A stretch of DNA of 64,000 nt from an uncultured Gammaproteobacteria bacterium (GCA_947259075.1 CAMYKQ010000053.1:3846-67845), one strand, 5' to 3'. Counted from the stretch's first letter, positions 48,692 through 63,946 are shown. Numbers and translations: made by a program. Notes: generated from the sequence alone by a model not told the origin.

Positions 48692-49690
48692 ATGATCAAG
48701 TCGCTGTTATTTTCCACCGCCATTTTGCTGGGCGTGAGCGGCACCGCCGCCGCGGCGCCGCTGTTATTGGAAGGCAATTTCATCCGCGTCACCATCGGTG
48801 ATGACGGCACCTTGGGTAATGGCTACGGGCCGGAACCGGGTTTGCTGTACGACGCCACGGGTTCACGCAATTTCACCGGCGATGATTTTCTCAAGCCGGG
48901 TTTTCCCTGGGAATTCTTCACGGTGAAGGCCAACGAGGTCGGCGTCACTGGCAACAATAATGACACTGATTTTTGGATGCGCGATTTCCGCTTCAACTTG
49001 ATTGAGGATTTGAGCGGCCAGCAGGGTTTCGACCGGCATGTGCGTTGGCTCGGCACCAGTGAATCGATGCAGTTGAGTAACGATTTCTTTTTCAATGACG
49101 ACGATCAGTCGATTCAAGTCCGCACGACCATCACCTCATTATTGGATCTCAGCGGTCTGCGTTTCGCGCGCAGCATCGACCCCGATCAAGACGTCGAAAC
49201 GTACGGCGATTATGAAACCCGCAACGGCCGTGGTTACGACGCCAATGGTGATGGCGATTTCGGCGGCGCGGGTGACGTGGCGCCGCAAAACTGGGTGCAT
49301 GCGCAAGGCGCGCGCAGCGGTTTGAGTGTGGGGCTGTACTCGGATTCACCCTATGCGCACGACACCGGCGTTTCCTACGATTGGCTGCTCGATCCGGATT
49401 TCTTTCTCGCCGGCATCGATGAGGGCGATGGCGATAATGCCTTGGGCATAGGCTTTAATCTCGGGGATCTGGCGCGAGGGCAGTCGGTTTCATTTATGTA
49501 TGCCTACGTCTTGAGCGCCAGCCTGGGCGGCGCGCAATTCCCCGTGCTTGGCGCGCAGCGCGAGGATGAACCGGCGGAGAGTTCTTTGTCCGTCAGCAGC
49601 GTCCCCGAGCCGGGCACGCTGATCTTGATGAGTTTGGGGGTCGCGGCTTTGGGGGTTTTCACCGGGCGCAGGGCGCGCAATAAAACATAA
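48692..49690 (+). CDS. PEP-CTERM sorting domain protein
   Basis: Signal peptide; DPDQD and DANGDGD acidic loops; VPEPGTL + hydrophobic helix + RRARNK. Confidence 0.9.
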   Translation: MIKSLLFSTAILLGVSGTAAAAPLLLEGNFIRVTIGDDGTLGNGYGPEPGLLYDATGSRNFTGDDFLKPGFPWEFFTVKANEVGVTGNNNDTDFWMRDFRFNLIEDLSGQQGFDRHVRWLGTSESMQLSNDFFFNDDDQSIQVRTTITSLLDLSGLRFARSIDPDQDVETYGDYETRNGRGYDANGDGDFGGAGDVAPQNWVHAQGARSGLSVGLYSDSPYAHDTGVSYDWLLDPDFFLAGIDEGDGDNALGIGFNLGDLARGQSVSFMYAYVLSASLGGAQFPVLGAQREDEPAESSLSVSSVPEPGTLILMSLGVAALGVFTGRRARNKT

Positions 49691-49720
49691 ATTATAACTA
49701 CAAACATAAAACTAAAAATT

Positions 49721-49751
49721 GAAACGGCTCATTACGAGCCGTTTTTTTTTT
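49721..49751 (+). terminator. Intrinsic terminator (possibly bidirectional)
   Basis: AAACGGCTC-ATTAC-GAGCCGTTTTTTTTT between convergent genes. Confidence 0.8.
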
Positions 49752-49771
49752 GCGGATGAAGCGGGCTGAAC

Positions 49772-50635
49772 TTAACCCGGCTTGGAGATGATGCCGAGGT
49801 TTTGCCAGATCGTCGTGGTCGGGCCGGCCTGGTTCATCGTGTAGAAATGCAGACCCGGCGCGCCGCCGTCCATGAGCGTGCGGCACAGCTCGGTGGTGAC
49901 GTCCATGCCGAAGGCGCGCAGGGATTTCAGATCATCGCCGTAGGCTTCGAGACGTTTGCGGATCCAGCGCGGGATTTCCGCGCCGCAGGCGTCGGAGAAG
50001 CGCGCCAGCTGGATGTGATTGGTGATGGGCATGATGCCCGGCACGATGGGCAATTCCACGCCCAGTTGCTCGCAGTCGTCGACGAAACGGAAATAGGCGT
50101 CGGCGTTGTAGAAGTATTGGGTGATGGCGGCATCGGCGCCGGCCTCCACTTTGCGTTTGAAGTTGAGCAGGTCTTTGCGCGCGTTGCTCGCTTGCGGATG
50201 AAACTCCGGATAGGCCGCGACTTCGATGAAGAAATGATCGCCGGTCTCCTTGCGGATGAATTCGACCAATTCATTGGCGTAGCGGAACTCGCCCGCCTCG
50301 CGCATGCCCGAGGGCATGTCGCCGCGCAGGGCGACCAAATGGCGGATGCCTTGGGCTTGGTAGTTTTGCAGGATGCCGCGAATGCTGTGCTTGGTTGATC
50401 CGATGCAGGACAAGTGCGGCGCGACGTCGATGCCGGTCGCTAGTTTGATCTCGCGTACGGTGTCGAAGGTGCGTTCCTGTGTCGAGCCGCCGGCGCCGAA
50501 GGTCACCGAGGCGAAGCAGGGTTTGAGCGGCGCGAGCTGGGTGTAGGTCTCACGCAGTTTCGCGGCGCTGTCTTCCGACTTTGGCGGAAAGAATTCGACG
50601 CTATAGGCTTTGGGATAATTTTTTTGCGATTTCAT
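49772..50635 (-). CDS. metF: 5,10-methylenetetrahydrofolate reductase
   Basis: S.EFFPPK, SVT.GAGG, ALRGD, AYPE.H, ITQYF, HFYT.N. Confidence 0.95.
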   Translation of the reverse strand: MKSQKNYPKAYSVEFFPPKSEDSAAKLRETYTQLAPLKPCFASVTFGAGGSTQERTFDTVREIKLATGIDVAPHLSCIGSTKHSIRGILQNYQAQGIRHLVALRGDMPSGMREAGEFRYANELVEFIRKETGDHFFIEVAAYPEFHPQASNARKDLLNFKRKVEAGADAAITQYFYNADAYFRFVDDCEQLGVELPIVPGIMPITNHIQLARFSDACGAEIPRWIRKRLEAYGDDLKSLRAFGMDVTTELCRTLMDGGAPGLHFYTMNQAGPTTTIWQNLGIISKPG

Positions 50636-50698
50636 GGGGCGCCATTTCAGATGCAGGACGGGTTGGGCGCCATCAATATTACGCCTCTTGACCGGCAT

Positions 50699-50733
50699 CC
50701 CTCTCCCGCTTGCGGGAGAGGGATGGGGCGAGG
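50699..50733. repeat. Palindromic extragenic repeat (same family as 9633-9667)
   Basis: CCCTCTCCCGCTTGCGGGAGAGGG. Confidence 0.65.
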
Positions 50734-50813
50734 CTCTATATCGCGCCGTAACCCGCCAACTTGTCGCGTAGCGACTCCTTCAATTGTGCAAGGTGCGCCT
50801 TGCGGCGCGGTTT

Positions 50814-50849
50814 GGTGGGTTACGCGGCTGCGCCGCTAACCCACCCTAC
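50814..50849 (-). repeat. GTAG-family REP (second sequence type)
   Basis: Minus strand GTAGGGTGGGTTAGCGGCGCAGCCGCGTAACCCACC. Confidence 0.75.
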
Positions 50850-50851
50850 AT

Positions 50852-52264
<1,413 letters not shown>

Positions 52265-52284
52265 AGTGGATCTCCTAAATATCT

Positions 52285-52362
52285 TAAGAGCGCCGTTTTT
52301 ACAGAACCGCTTTCCTCGAGCCTGGCGGGGACTCCGCTGCAGCGCCCCTCGAGGAAAGCGGT
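52285..52362 (-). ncRNA. SAH riboswitch
   Basis: GAGGGGCGCTGCAGCGG..CCGCCAGGCTC..AACGGCGCTC upstream of ahcY. Confidence 0.92.
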
Positions 52363-52369
52363 GTGAAGA

Positions 52370-53530
52370 TTACAGGCCCGCGGCGGCGCGCAAGGCTTCG
52401 GCCTTGTCGGTGGCTTCCCACGGCACATTGATGTCCTCGCGGCCGAAGTGGCCGTAGGCGGCGGTCTGCTTGTAGATCGGCTGCAACAGATTGAGCATGG
52501 TGACGATACCGCGCGGACGCAAATCGAACTGCTCGCGGATCAACTCGATGATGCGCGCCTCGCTGATCTTGCCGGTGCCGAAGGTGTCGACGCTGATGGA
52601 AGTAGGCTCGGCCACGCCGATGGCGTAGGAGACCTGAATCTCGCAGCGGTCGGCGATGCCGGCGGCGACGATGTTCTTGGCGACGTAACGGCCGGCGTAA
52701 GCGGCGGAGCGGTCGACCTTGGTCGGATCCTTGCCGGAGAAGGCGCCGCCGCCGTGACGGGCCATGCCGCCGTAGGTGTCGACGATGATCTTGCGGCCGG
52801 TGAGGCCGCAGTCGCCCACGGGGCCGCCGATGACGAAGCGCCCGGTGGGGTTGACGAAATACTTGGTGGTCTTCGTGAGCCATTCTTCGGGCAGCACCGG
52901 CTTGATGATCTCTTCGATCACCGCCTCGGTGAGGGCCTTGTGGCTGACATCGGGGTTGTGCTGGGTGGAGAGCACCACCGCGTCCACCGCCACCGGCGTG
53001 GCGCCGTCGTAGCGGATGGTGACCTGGCTCTTGGCGTCGGGGCGCAGCCAGGGCATGACGCCGTTCTTGCGCAGCTCGGCTTGGCGGCGCACCAGGCGGT
53101 GGGCGTAGGTGATGGGGGCGGGCATCAGCACGTCGGTCTCGTTGGTGGCGTAACCGAACATCATGCCTTGGTCGCCGGCGCCTTGTTCGTGATTCTCGGA
53201 TTCGTCCACGCCCATGGCGATGTCGGCGGACTGTTTGCCGATGGCGGTGAGCACGGCGCAGGATTCCCAGTCGAAACCCATCTCCGAGCTGTTATAGCCG
53301 ATGTCCTTGATGGTTTGGCGCACGACGGCCTCGGAATCGACCCAGGCCTCGGTGGTGACTTCACCCGCGAGCATCACCATGCCGGTCTTGACCAGGGTTT
53401 CGCAGGCCACGCGGGCCTTCTTATCTTGGGCCAGGATGGCGTCCAGGATCGCGTCGGAGATCTGGTCGGCGACTTTGTCGGGGTGGCCTTCCGAGACCGA
53501 TTCGGAAGTGAATAAATGCCAATTGCTCAT
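52370..53530 (-). CDS. metK: S-adenosylmethionine synthetase
   Basis: [27 protein letters not shown]. Confidence 0.98.
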   Translation of the reverse strand: MSNWHLFTSESVSEGHPDKVADQISDAILDAILAQDKKARVACETLVKTGMVMLAGEVTTEAWVDSEAVVRQTIKDIGYNSSEMGFDWESCAVLTAIGKQSADIAMGVDESENHEQGAGDQGMMFGYATNETDVLMPAPITYAHRLVRRQAELRKNGVMPWLRPDAKSQVTIRYDGATPVAVDAVVLSTQHNPDVSHKALTEAVIEEIIKPVLPEEWLTKTTKYFVNPTGRFVIGGPVGDCGLTGRKIIVDTYGGMARHGGGAFSGKDPTKVDRSAAYAGRYVAKNIVAAGIADRCEIQVSYAIGVAEPTSISVDTFGTGKISEARIIELIREQFDLRPRGIVTMLNLLQPIYKQTAAYGHFGREDINVPWEATDKAEALRAAAGL

Positions 53531-54135
53531 GTGCGCGTGTCCTCGTGCCGGGGTGCTGGCCAGGCCAGCCAGGCCCTATAAATCATGAAGGTAATAACAG
53601 TGGGTTGTCTTAAAAACCGCATGCCCGCAGCATTGGGCACAGGTTCACCCCATCCAAACGGCACATATTAACCTGCCCTAGCCTGGGGTGCCAGTTCTCC
53701 AATGATAGGGCGCTTAACGGCGGATCGGCCGAATGGATGAGCATATCCTAGGGAAATGGTAAGAGAACGGCCCCGCCCTTGCCCAAACGGGACGGGTGAG
53801 AGAGAATTACCGGTCCTTAGCGGGTGGCGGGTCTTTGGGTCGTCGCCATATGTTAGTGAATGTTGATAAAATGGCCGCCATGGGCGCTACGGGTCCGCCC
53901 GCCGAGCTGCCGGGTAAGATAGCCCTAAGCTGACGGGATGTGGACCGGCAGGATAAAAACGCGCCTCGCGGGGGTGGGTGGGTTTGAGCCTCTGAGGGTG
54001 GGGGTGCCGCTCTAATTTTTTCCCTTCGTACATCGAATTATTGCCGCTCCGTGATGCTGACCGATGCCGGTCACGGGCGATGAAACCAGTTTTTTTGGTA
54101 CTACTGACGTTTATTTTTTATTTTAGGAGAGACGC

Positions 54136-56133
54136 ATGCCTTCGCGCAGAGAACTAGCCAATGCCATTCGTGCCCTGAGCATGGACGCCGTTCAAAAGGC
54201 CAACTCCGGTCATCCCGGAGCGCCCATGGGAATGGCGGACATCGCCGAGGTGTTGTGGAATGACTTCATGCACCACAACCCCAGCAATCCCAAGTGGCCC
54301 AATCGCGACCGCTTCGTGCTGTCGAATGGTCACGGTTCGATGTTGATCTATTCCCTGCTGCACCTCACCGGCTATGACCTCGGCATCGAGGATCTCAAAC
54401 AGTTCCGTCAACTGCATTCCCGCACCCCGGGCCATCCTGAATACGGCTACACCCCCGGCGTCGAGACCACCACCGGCCCGCTGGGCCAGGGCATCACCAA
54501 TGCCGTGGGCATGGCCATCGCCGAGAAGATGCTGGCCGGCCAGTTCAATCGTGACGGCCACAAGATCGTCGATCACTACACCTATGTCTTCATGGGTGAC
54601 GGCTGCATGATGGAAGGCATCTCCCACGAGGCCTGCTCGCTGGCGGGCACGCTGGGTTTGGGCAAGCTCATCGCCTTCTGGGACGACAACGGCATCTCCA
54701 TCGACGGTCACGTCGAGGGCTGGTTTACCGATGATACCCCCAAGCGTTTCGAGGCCTATGGCTGGCATGTGGTGCGCGACGTCGACGGTCATGACGCCGA
54801 GGCGGTGAAGAAGGCCCTGATGGAAGCCCGGTCCGTAAATGACAAACCCACCATGATCTGCACCAAGACCGTGATCGGTTGGGGCGCGCCGAATTTGTGC
54901 GGCAGCCACGATTGCCACGGCGCGGCCTTGGGTTTGGATGAAGTCGCCGCCACCCGCGAAAACCTGGGCTGGAAACACGCGCCTTTCGAAGTGCCCGACG
55001 ATATCTACGCCGGCTGGAACGCGCGCGACAAAGGCGCCAAGGCCGAGGCGGCTTGGGCGGAGAAATTCGCGAAATATAAAGCGGCTTTCCCCGATCTCGC
55101 CGCCGAGTTCGACCGCCGCGTCGTCAAGGGTGAGTTGCCGGGCAATTGGGCCGCGAAAGCCAAAGAATTCGTCGCCGCGTGCAACACCAAGGCCGAGAAG
55201 ATCGCCACCCGCAAGGCCTCGCAGAACGCGATCAGCGCCTTCGCGCCCTTGCTGCCGGAAATCGTCGGCGGTTCGGCCGACCTCGCCAGCTCCAATCTGA
55301 CCTTGTGGAAAGAGGCCAAAGGCATCAGCAATACCGTGTCCGATGGCAATTACATCTATTACGGCGTGCGCGAATTCGCCATGTCCGCCATCATGAACGG
55401 CATCAGCCTGCACGGCGGTTTCATCCCCTACGGCGCCACCTTCCTCACCTTCTCCGACTACGCCCGCAACGCGGTGCGCATGGCGGCGCTGATGAAGATC
55501 CGCAGCATCTTCGTCTACACCCACGACTCCATCGGTCTCGGCGAAGACGGCCCGACGCATCAACCCATCGAGCACGTCACCTCCTTGCGTATCATCCCTA
55601 ATATGCAAGTCTGGCGTCCGTGCGACACCGTGGAATCAGCCGTAGCTTGGCAAGCGGCCGTCGAGCGCAATGACGGTCCCAGCAGCTTGATCTTCTCGCG
55701 TCAGGCCTTGGCCCATATGCCGCGCAATGAGCAGCAGATCGCCGATATCCGCCGCGGCGGTTACACCTTGCTGGACTGCCAGGGCGCGCCGCAGGCCATC
55801 ATCATGTCCACCGGCTCCGAAGTGGAGATCGCCGTGGCCGCGGCCAAGACCCTTAGCGATAACGGCGTGCGCGTGCGCGTGGTGTCCATGCCCTGCACCA
55901 ATGTCTTCGATAAGCAAGATGCCGCCTACAAAGAGGCCGTGTTGCCCAAGGCCGTCAAGGCGCGGGTGGCCATCGAGGCGGGCGTCAGCGAATTCTGGGC
56001 GCGTTTCGTGGGCGATCAAGGCAAGGTCATTGGCATCGACCGCTTCGGCGAGTCCGCGCCTATCGCCGCCTTGTACAAGGAGTTCGGCTTCACCGCGGAG
56101 AACGTGGTCAAGGCGGTCCAGGAGCAGCTTTAA
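54136..56133 (+). CDS. tkt: Transketolase
   Basis: [34 protein letters not shown]. Confidence 0.98.
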   Translation: MPSRRELANAIRALSMDAVQKANSGHPGAPMGMADIAEVLWNDFMHHNPSNPKWPNRDRFVLSNGHGSMLIYSLLHLTGYDLGIEDLKQFRQLHSRTPGHPEYGYTPGVETTTGPLGQGITNAVGMAIAEKMLAGQFNRDGHKIVDHYTYVFMGDGCMMEGISHEACSLAGTLGLGKLIAFWDDNGISIDGHVEGWFTDDTPKRFEAYGWHVVRDVDGHDAEAVKKALMEARSVNDKPTMICTKTVIGWGAPNLCGSHDCHGAALGLDEVAATRENLGWKHAPFEVPDDIYAGWNARDKGAKAEAAWAEKFAKYKAAFPDLAAEFDRRVVKGELPGNWAAKAKEFVAACNTKAEKIATRKASQNAISAFAPLLPEIVGGSADLASSNLTLWKEAKGISNTVSDGNYIYYGVREFAMSAIMNGISLHGGFIPYGATFLTFSDYARNAVRMAALMKIRSIFVYTHDSIGLGEDGPTHQPIEHVTSLRIIPNMQVWRPCDTVESAVAWQAAVERNDGPSSLIFSRQALAHMPRNEQQIADIRRGGYTLLDCQGAPQAIIMSTGSEVEIAVAAAKTLSDNGVRVRVVSMPCTNVFDKQDAAYKEAVLPKAVKARVAIEAGVSEFWARFVGDQGKVIGIDRFGESAPIAALYKEFGFTAENVVKAVQEQL

Positions 56134-56143
56134 GAATTTTAAT

Positions 56144-56214
56144 AACCACGAAGAACACGGAGGCGCGGAGACAAAAATGGGTTCTTCTCCGCGCCCTCGG
56201 TGAACTCCGTGGTT
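56144..56214. repeat. Long imperfect intergenic palindrome
   Basis: AACCACG..GAGGCGCGGAGA / TCTCCGCGCCCTC..CGTGGTT. Confidence 0.65.
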
Positions 56215-56216
56215 GA

Positions 56217-57251
<1,035 letters not shown>

Positions 57252-57260
57252 AGAGGACAA

Positions 57261-57300
57261 GGGTGCGGGTTAGGCCGTGTTTTCGCGGCCTAACCCGCCC
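57261..57300. repeat. REP-like hairpin related to 50814-50849
   Basis: GCGGGTTAGGCCG..CGGCCTAACCCGC. Confidence 0.55.
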
Positions 57301-57475
57301 AAGCCCGGCGCAGGCAAACGCACGCCGAATATGAAAGTCGATAAGATGCACTGTAGCGCGATGGAGTGCGCGATGCTGAGCCATCGTTCAATCCACCCCG
57401 CATTTTGCCGAGAGTTATGCGGCAAGGCCCCGAGCCAGCCTTGCCAGATAATTCTTAACTTGTGAGGAGTAAGCC

Positions 57476-58654
57476 ATGCCCGTAATCAAGATGACCAGTC
57501 TCGATCTGGCCGGTAAGCGTGTATTGATGCGCGAAGATCTCAATGTGCCGTTGAAGAATGGTCAAGTGGCCGATGACACCCGTATCCGCGCTTCGCTGCC
57601 CACCATACAGCGCGCCGTGAAGGCGGGCGCCAAGGTGATGGTGATGTCGCACCTGGGCCGTCCCGAGGAGGGCGTGTTCAGCGAGGAAAATTCCGTGAGG
57701 CCCGTGGCCGAACACATGGCCGGTCTGCTGGGGCAGCCGGTGCGGGTGGTGAAGGATTATTTGAACGGCGTGGACGTCGCCGCCGGTGAGGTGGTGATGT
57801 TCGAGAACGTGCGCTTCAACAAGGGCGAGAAGAAAAACGCCGACGCGCTGGCCAAGCAATACGCCGCGCTCTGCGACGTATTCGTGATGGACGCCTTCGG
57901 CACCGCGCATCGCGCCGAGGCTTCCACGCATGGCGTCGCCAAATTCGCGCCGGTGGCTTGCGCCGGTCCGCTGCTGGCGGGGGAATTGGATGCGCTGGCG
58001 AATGCGCTGGAGAATCCCAAGCGGCCGATGGTCGCCATCGTCGGCGGTTCGAAGGTCTCGACCAAGCTCACCGTGCTGGAATCGCTGTCCAAGGTCGTCG
58101 ATCAATTGATCGTCGGCGGCGGTATCGCCAACACCTTCATCGCCGCGGCCGGCAACAAGGTCGGCAAATCGCTGTGCGAGAATGATCTTATTCCGCAGGC
58201 GCGGAAACTCACCGAGCAGGCGCGTGCCCGCGGCGGCGATATCCCCGTGCCGGTGGACGTGGTCTGCGGCAAGGAGTTTTCCGAGAGCGCGCGCGCTGAG
58301 TTGAAGCATGTGAGCGAAGTGGCCGACGATGACATGATCTTCGACGTCGGTCCCGAGACCTCCAAGCAATTCGCGCAAATTTTGAAGAACGCCGGTACCA
58401 TCGTCTGGAACGGTCCGGTCGGCGTTTTCGAGTTCGATCAATTCGGTGAAGGCACCAAGGCCCTGGCCCAGGCCATCGCCGAGAGTCCGGCGTTCTCCAT
58501 CGCCGGCGGCGGCGATACCTTGGCCGCGGTGGCTAAATACGGTATCGCCGACAAGGTGTCTTATATTTCAACGGGTGGCGGCGCCTTCCTGGAGTTTTTG
58601 GAAGGCAAGGAGCTGCCCGCGGTGGCGATCTTGAAAGAGCGCGCCAAGGGCTAA
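57476..58654 (+). CDS. pgk: Phosphoglycerate kinase
   Basis: [30 protein letters not shown]. Confidence 0.98.
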   Translation: MPVIKMTSLDLAGKRVLMREDLNVPLKNGQVADDTRIRASLPTIQRAVKAGAKVMVMSHLGRPEEGVFSEENSVRPVAEHMAGLLGQPVRVVKDYLNGVDVAAGEVVMFENVRFNKGEKKNADALAKQYAALCDVFVMDAFGTAHRAEASTHGVAKFAPVACAGPLLAGELDALANALENPKRPMVAIVGGSKVSTKLTVLESLSKVVDQLIVGGGIANTFIAAAGNKVGKSLCENDLIPQARKLTEQARARGGDIPVPVDVVCGKEFSESARAELKHVSEVADDDMIFDVGPETSKQFAQILKNAGTIVWNGPVGVFEFDQFGEGTKALAQAIAESPAFSIAGGGDTLAAVAKYGIADKVSYISTGGGAFLEFLEGKELPAVAILKERAKG

Positions 58655-58753
58655 ATCAAAAATATACGCGTATATTAATCAGGAGGCAGATCACTGCCGG
58701 TCAATGCGGCGTTCCCATCGAGGGCGTTGCCCATAACAGGCAGTGACACATTT

Positions 58754-60199
58754 ATGTTAAGAAGAACCAAAATTCTGGCCACTCTCGGCCCCGCCACCGA
58801 TGACCTCAAGGTCTTGGACGGTATCATTCAAGCCGGGGTTGATGTGGTGCGCATCAATTTCTCCCATGGCGATCCGGCCGACCATCAGCGGCGGGTGGAA
58901 GCGGTGCGTAATCGCGCCCGCGCCCACGGCCGCCAAGTGGGCGTGCTCGCGGATTTGCAGGGACCGAAAATCCGCATCGATCGTTTTAAAGATAAATCGA
59001 TCACCTTAGTGGAAGGCGAGCGCTTCACCCTGGATGCCAATTGGCCCGCCACCGAGGGTAATCAAGAACGCGTCGGACTGACCTACAAGGAGCTGCCCAA
59101 CGACGTCAACCGCGGCGATACGCTCTTGCTCGACGACGGCCGTATCGTCTTGTGGGTGGAAAAGGTCGACGGCGCTGAGATCATTTGCAAAGTGGTGGTG
59201 GCCGGTAAGCTCTCCAACAACAAAGGCATCAATCGCCAGGGCGGCGGCTTGTCCGCGGCCGCTTTGACTGAAAAAGATATCGCCGACATTAAAACCGCGG
59301 CGGAGCTGCAGGCCGATTATCTCGCCGTGTCCTTCCCGCGTTGCGCCGACGATATTCACTTGGCCCGGCGCTTGTTGCGCGAGGCTGGCGGTCAGGGTGA
59401 CATCGTCGCCAAGATCGAGCGCGCCGAGGCCGTGACGGCCATCGAGGAAATCATCGCCGCCACCGACGCAGTGATGATCGCCCGCGGCGACCTGGGCGTG
59501 GAGATCGGCGACGCCGAGCTGCCGGCGGTGCAAAAAGACATCATCCGTTTGGCGCGCTCCATGAACCGGGTCTCGATCACCGCGACGCAGATGATGGAGT
59601 CGATGATTGAAAACCCCATCCCCACCCGGGCCGAGGTCTTCGATGTGGCCAATGCCGTGCTCGACGGCACCGACGCGGTGATGCTCTCGGCGGAGACCGC
59701 GGCGGGAAAATACCCGGTGAAGGCGGTGAGCGCCATGGACCGCATCTGCCGCGAGGCGGAGAAGCAGCCCTTGGCGAAGACCTCCGATCACCGTTTGAAT
59801 ACCCGCTTCGGCCGCACCGACGAGGCCATCGCCATGGCGGCGATGTATACCGCGAATCACTTGGGCGTGCGCGCCATCGCCGCCTTGACCGAATCCGGCT
59901 CCACGCCTTTGTGGATGTCGCGCATCAGTTCCGGTATTCCCATCTACGCCTTGACGCCCCATGTGGCGACGCGTAGAAAAGTGACACTCTATCGCGGCGT
60001 TTATCCCGTGAGTTTCAAAGTGGAAAGCACCAATCACGCCGTGGTCAACAAAGAGGCGGTGGATGAGCTGGTGCGGCGTGGCGCGGTGCGTGACGGGGAT
60101 TTGGTCATCATCGCCAAGGGCGATCTGATGGGGGTGCATGGTGGCACCAATGCCATGAAGATCGTGCGGGTCGGTGATATGCTCGCGGGCTCGGATTGA
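58754..60199 (+). CDS. pyk: Pyruvate kinase
   Basis: [40 protein letters not shown]. Confidence 0.97.
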   Translation: MLRRTKILATLGPATDDLKVLDGIIQAGVDVVRINFSHGDPADHQRRVEAVRNRARAHGRQVGVLADLQGPKIRIDRFKDKSITLVEGERFTLDANWPATEGNQERVGLTYKELPNDVNRGDTLLLDDGRIVLWVEKVDGAEIICKVVVAGKLSNNKGINRQGGGLSAAALTEKDIADIKTAAELQADYLAVSFPRCADDIHLARRLLREAGGQGDIVAKIERAEAVTAIEEIIAATDAVMIARGDLGVEIGDAELPAVQKDIIRLARSMNRVSITATQMMESMIENPIPTRAEVFDVANAVLDGTDAVMLSAETAAGKYPVKAVSAMDRICREAEKQPLAKTSDHRLNTRFGRTDEAIAMAAMYTANHLGVRAIAALTESGSTPLWMSRISSGIPIYALTPHVATRRKVTLYRGVYPVSFKVESTNHAVVNKEAVDELVRRGAVRDGDLVIIAKGDLMGVHGGTNAMKIVRVGDMLAGSD

Positions 60200-60283
60200 T
60201 TCCGCCCCGCACGGAAAGCGTTCTTTAGATTTTGCATGAAACGTTAATATTCGGTAACCAACAGACACATTGAGGAGAATACT

Positions 60284-61348
60284 ATGGCCCTGATATCTTT
60301 GCGCCAGCTCTTGGACCACGCGGCGGAACACAGTTATGGCGTCCCCGCGTTCAACGTCAACAACCTGGAGCAGATGCGCGCCATCATGGAGGCCGCGGCC
60401 GAAACCGACAGCCCGGTGATCGTGCAGGCCTCCGCCGGCGCGCGTAAATACGCCGGCGCGCCCTTTCTGCGCCACCTGATTTTGGCTGCCGTTGAAGAAT
60501 GGCCGGAAATTCCGGTGGTGATGCACCAGGACCACGGCGTCAGCCCGGCGGTGTGCCAGCGCTCCATCCAATTGGGCTTCACCTCGGTGATGATGGACGG
60601 CTCGCTGAAAGAAGACGGCAAGACCCCGGCTTCTTATGACTACAACGTCGAAGTGACCCGCAAGACCGTGGAAATGTCCCACTCTTGCGGCGTGTCGGTG
60701 GAAGGTGAGCTGGGTTGCTTGGGTTCACTGGAAACCGGCATGGCCGGTGAGGAAGACGGCATTGGCGCCGAAGGCACCTTGGATCACAGCCAATTGCTCA
60801 CCGACCCCGAAGAGGCCGCCGACTTCGTGAAGAAGACCAAGGTCGACGCCCTGGCCATCGCCATCGGCACCAGCCACGGCGCGTATAAGTTCTCCCGTCC
60901 GCCCACCGGCGATATTCTCGCCATCGGCCGCATCAAGGAGATTCACGCCCGCATCCCCAACACCCACTTGGTGATGCACGGTTCGTCTTCCGTGCCGCAG
61001 GAATGGCTGAAGATCATCAACAGCTACGGCGGCGACATGGGCGAAACCTACGGCGTGCCCGTCGAGGAAATCGTCGAAGGCATCAAGCACGGCGTGCGCA
61101 AGGTCAACATCGACACCGATCTGCGCATGGCCTCCACCGGCGCGATGCGCAAGGCTATGGCCGACAACCCCAAGGAATTCGATCCGCGCAAATTTTTCTC
61201 CGCCACCATCAAGGCGATGAAGGACATCGTCAAGGCGCGTTACGAGGCCTTCGGCACCGCCGGCAACGCCTCCAAGATCAAACCCCTCAATCTTGAGGCG
61301 ATGGTCAAGCGTTACGATAAAGGCGAGCTGGACCCCAAGGTCAACTAA
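60284..61348 (+). CDS. fba: Fructose-bisphosphate aldolase class II
   Basis: [33 protein letters not shown]. Confidence 0.97.
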   Translation: MALISLRQLLDHAAEHSYGVPAFNVNNLEQMRAIMEAAAETDSPVIVQASAGARKYAGAPFLRHLILAAVEEWPEIPVVMHQDHGVSPAVCQRSIQLGFTSVMMDGSLKEDGKTPASYDYNVEVTRKTVEMSHSCGVSVEGELGCLGSLETGMAGEEDGIGAEGTLDHSQLLTDPEEAADFVKKTKVDALAIAIGTSHGAYKFSRPPTGDILAIGRIKEIHARIPNTHLVMHGSSSVPQEWLKIINSYGGDMGETYGVPVEEIVEGIKHGVRKVNIDTDLRMASTGAMRKAMADNPKEFDPRKFFSATIKAMKDIVKARYEAFGTAGNASKIKPLNLEAMVKRYDKGELDPKVN

Positions 61349-61378
61349 GTTAAAGCCATTCGTTTTAGACGACGATAT

Positions 61379-61410
61379 AAAAAGCGGGCCTTGCGCCCGC
61401 TTTTTTTTTG
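61379..61410 (+). terminator. Intrinsic terminator
   Basis: AAAAAGCGGGC-CTTGC-GCCCGCTTTTTTTTT. Confidence 0.85.
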
Positions 61411-61545
61411 CTAAGTGCAGCGTGACGTCGTGGCGCGCCGGGGCCGGGCTTAATCTGATGCGGAAGACCGCATGACGCTCACTGGGTTGTGAGGTCATGC
61501 TGCGAATGGCATGCGTGGCAGGCGCTAGTTAAGAAAGGGGCGGCT

Positions 61546-62922
61546 ATGAAAATGCCGGATATCGATAGCTTGCTCAACTTGGCGAAGGACGTGCCGGATC
61601 ACTATGCCTTGCATTTGGCCGAGGTCAACAAGGAGACCGATGTCCTCGCCACCGAGGATATTTACAACAATAACGGCGTGCTGCTGACCCGCAAAGGCGC
61701 ATGCATCGATCACGCTACCGCCATGCGCCTGGTGCAGCACAAACTCTTCAAGCCCCTGGAGCAACAAGTCCAGCTCAGCGACAGCCTGGATAAAAACGCC
61801 CTCTACCAAGCCACCTTGGCGATGTTGCAGCGTTATCCCGATTTGGCGCAGATCCATGCGGCATTGAATTTTGATCCATCCTGCCGCGAGGTCTGGGCGA
61901 AGACGGATATCTTTCCGCTCATGATCCAAAAGCTCTCGGTGCTCAAACGCCGCTTGCCCCAACAGTTTGAAAACGCCTTGTTCTGCGGCTGGCTCTCGCT
62001 GCTGACCGTGCGCGAGATGGGCATGGATCTGTCCAGCGCATCTTCGGCGCTGCTCGCGGGTTTGATCCATGATGTCGGTTTTCTGCATATCCTGCCCGAT
62101 CTTCTGAACAAAAAGGGCGCGCTCAGCCCCGAGGAATGGCGGGCGGTTCAGTCCCATGTGGTGATAGGGCGGGTCTTCGTGGAGTCTATTTCTGGGGTGA
62201 ATCCCGATATCGCGCGCGCGGTGCTCGAGCATCATGAACGCTGTGATGGCACCGGCTATCCTCTCGGCCGCGGCGACGAGCGGCTGGCGGTCTTGGGTAA
62301 GGTGCTGGGCATGGCCGACAGCGTCTATGCCATCCGCGTCAATCAATTTCAAAAAAGCGGGCGTACATTGCGAGATTTGATGCCCTATCTGCAAATGAAT
62401 GATGTCACCTATTCCTTGCCGGTCTATCGCGCAATGATGACTATCCTGAAAAAATCGTCATTACAACCGGTCTTGATCAACAGTTACGGCACAGTGGCGG
62501 CGATGGCGCAGTTTCTGCGGAGGCGCGCGGCGATCCTGCTTACAATCCGTGGACTCTTGATGCAGTTGCACGCGCTCTTGACGGAGCGCACTTCGCCGCA
62601 AACGCTATCGGCGTCTTGCGCCACGCTCTTTGCGGTATTGAACAACGTCTTGAGCAAAACCACCCAGGCGGGTTTGGAAGGCGAGGATATTCTGCAATGG
62701 CTGGATGCTTGCGCCCAGGATAATGACGCCAGCGCCCTGCGGGAACTCAATGAACTGGAGCTGATGGAAAACGAATTGATCTGGCACGTCGGTAATGTGC
62801 AGCGTACCGCCGGGGTATACCTCACCCACGAATGCCCCGAAGAGAACATACTTTGCCAGCCCCTGCATCAACTCCTGGGCAAGATCAGCGCCGCCTTGGC
62901 GGAAGAGCGTTGTCTGAAGTGA
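61546..62922 (+). CDS. HD-GYP domain protein
   Basis: IHDVG, EHHERCDGTGYP. Confidence 0.85.
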   Translation: MKMPDIDSLLNLAKDVPDHYALHLAEVNKETDVLATEDIYNNNGVLLTRKGACIDHATAMRLVQHKLFKPLEQQVQLSDSLDKNALYQATLAMLQRYPDLAQIHAALNFDPSCREVWAKTDIFPLMIQKLSVLKRRLPQQFENALFCGWLSLLTVREMGMDLSSASSALLAGLIHDVGFLHILPDLLNKKGALSPEEWRAVQSHVVIGRVFVESISGVNPDIARAVLEHHERCDGTGYPLGRGDERLAVLGKVLGMADSVYAIRVNQFQKSGRTLRDLMPYLQMNDVTYSLPVYRAMMTILKKSSLQPVLINSYGTVAAMAQFLRRRAAILLTIRGLLMQLHALLTERTSPQTLSASCATLFAVLNNVLSKTTQAGLEGEDILQWLDACAQDNDASALRELNELELMENELIWHVGNVQRTAGVYLTHECPEENILCQPLHQLLGKISAALAEERCLK

Positions 62923-62938
62923 GCGGGACGAATGCCGT

Positions 62939-63946
62939 TCAGGCGCGGTAATAGTCCTTGTACCAGCGCACGAAATTCTCTATCCCTTGCTCAATCGGGG
63001 TGTCGGGCTTGAAGCCCACGTCCTGCACCAGGGCGTCGATGTCCGCATAGGTGGCGGGCACATCGCCCTGCTGCAGCGGCAGCATGTTCTTCTCTGCTTT
63101 TTTGCCCAGGCATTGTTCCAGCACTTCGATGTAGCGCATCAGTTCCACCGGCTGATTATTGCCGATGTTGTAGAGCCGGTAGGGCGCATGGCTGGTGGCG
63201 GAGTCCGGCGCGTCGCCGCTCCAGTCCGGATTGGGCTGCGGCAGATGGTCGAGGGTGCGGACCACGCCCTCGACGATGTCGTCGATGTAGGTGAAGTCGC
63301 GCTTGTGCTGGCCGTGATTGAAGACGTTGATGGGTTTGCCTTCGAGAATATTCTTGGTGAACATGAACAGCGCCATGTCCGGACGGCCCCAGGGGCCGTA
63401 CACGGTAAAGAAACGCAGGCCGGTGGTGCGCAGGCCGTAGAGATGGCTGTAAGTGTGCGCCATCAATTCGTTGGCTTTTTTAGTGGCGGCGTAGAGGCTC
63501 ACCGGGTGATCGACGTTGTGATGCACCGAGAAGGGCATATTGGTGTTGGCGCCATAGACCGAGCTGGTGGAGGCGTAGACCAGATGCTCGACGCCGTGAT
63601 GACGGCAGCCTTCGAGGATATTGAGAAAGCCGACGACATTGCTTTCGACGTACACGTGGGGGTTTTCGATGGAATAACGCACGCCCGCCTGCGCCGCGAG
63701 ATTCACCACGCGCTGGGGTTGATGTTGCCTGAAGACGGCGGTGATGGCCTCGCGGTCTTCCAGGCTCGCCCGCACATCGGTGAAATTTTTATGCGCGGTG
63801 GCGCGCGCCAGCCGCGCCTTTTTCAAATTGACGTCGTAGTAGTCGTTGAGATTGTCGATGCCGATGACCTCGTCGCCGCGCGCCAGCAGTTTAAGGGCGA
63901 GGGCGTTGCCGATGAAGCCGGCGGTGCCTGTCACTAATACTTTCAT
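62939..63946 (-). CDS. NAD-dependent epimerase (UDP-glucuronate 4-epimerase-like)
   Basis: [29 protein letters not shown]. Confidence 0.92.
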   Translation of the reverse strand: MKVLVTGTAGFIGNALALKLLARGDEVIGIDNLNDYYDVNLKKARLARATAHKNFTDVRASLEDREAITAVFRQHQPQRVVNLAAQAGVRYSIENPHVYVESNVVGFLNILEGCRHHGVEHLVYASTSSVYGANTNMPFSVHHNVDHPVSLYAATKKANELMAHTYSHLYGLRTTGLRFFTVYGPWGRPDMALFMFTKNILEGKPINVFNHGQHKRDFTYIDDIVEGVVRTLDHLPQPNPDWSGDAPDSATSHAPYRLYNIGNNQPVELMRYIEVLEQCLGKKAEKNMLPLQQGDVPATYADIDALVQDVGFKPDTPIEQGIENFVRWYKDYYRA

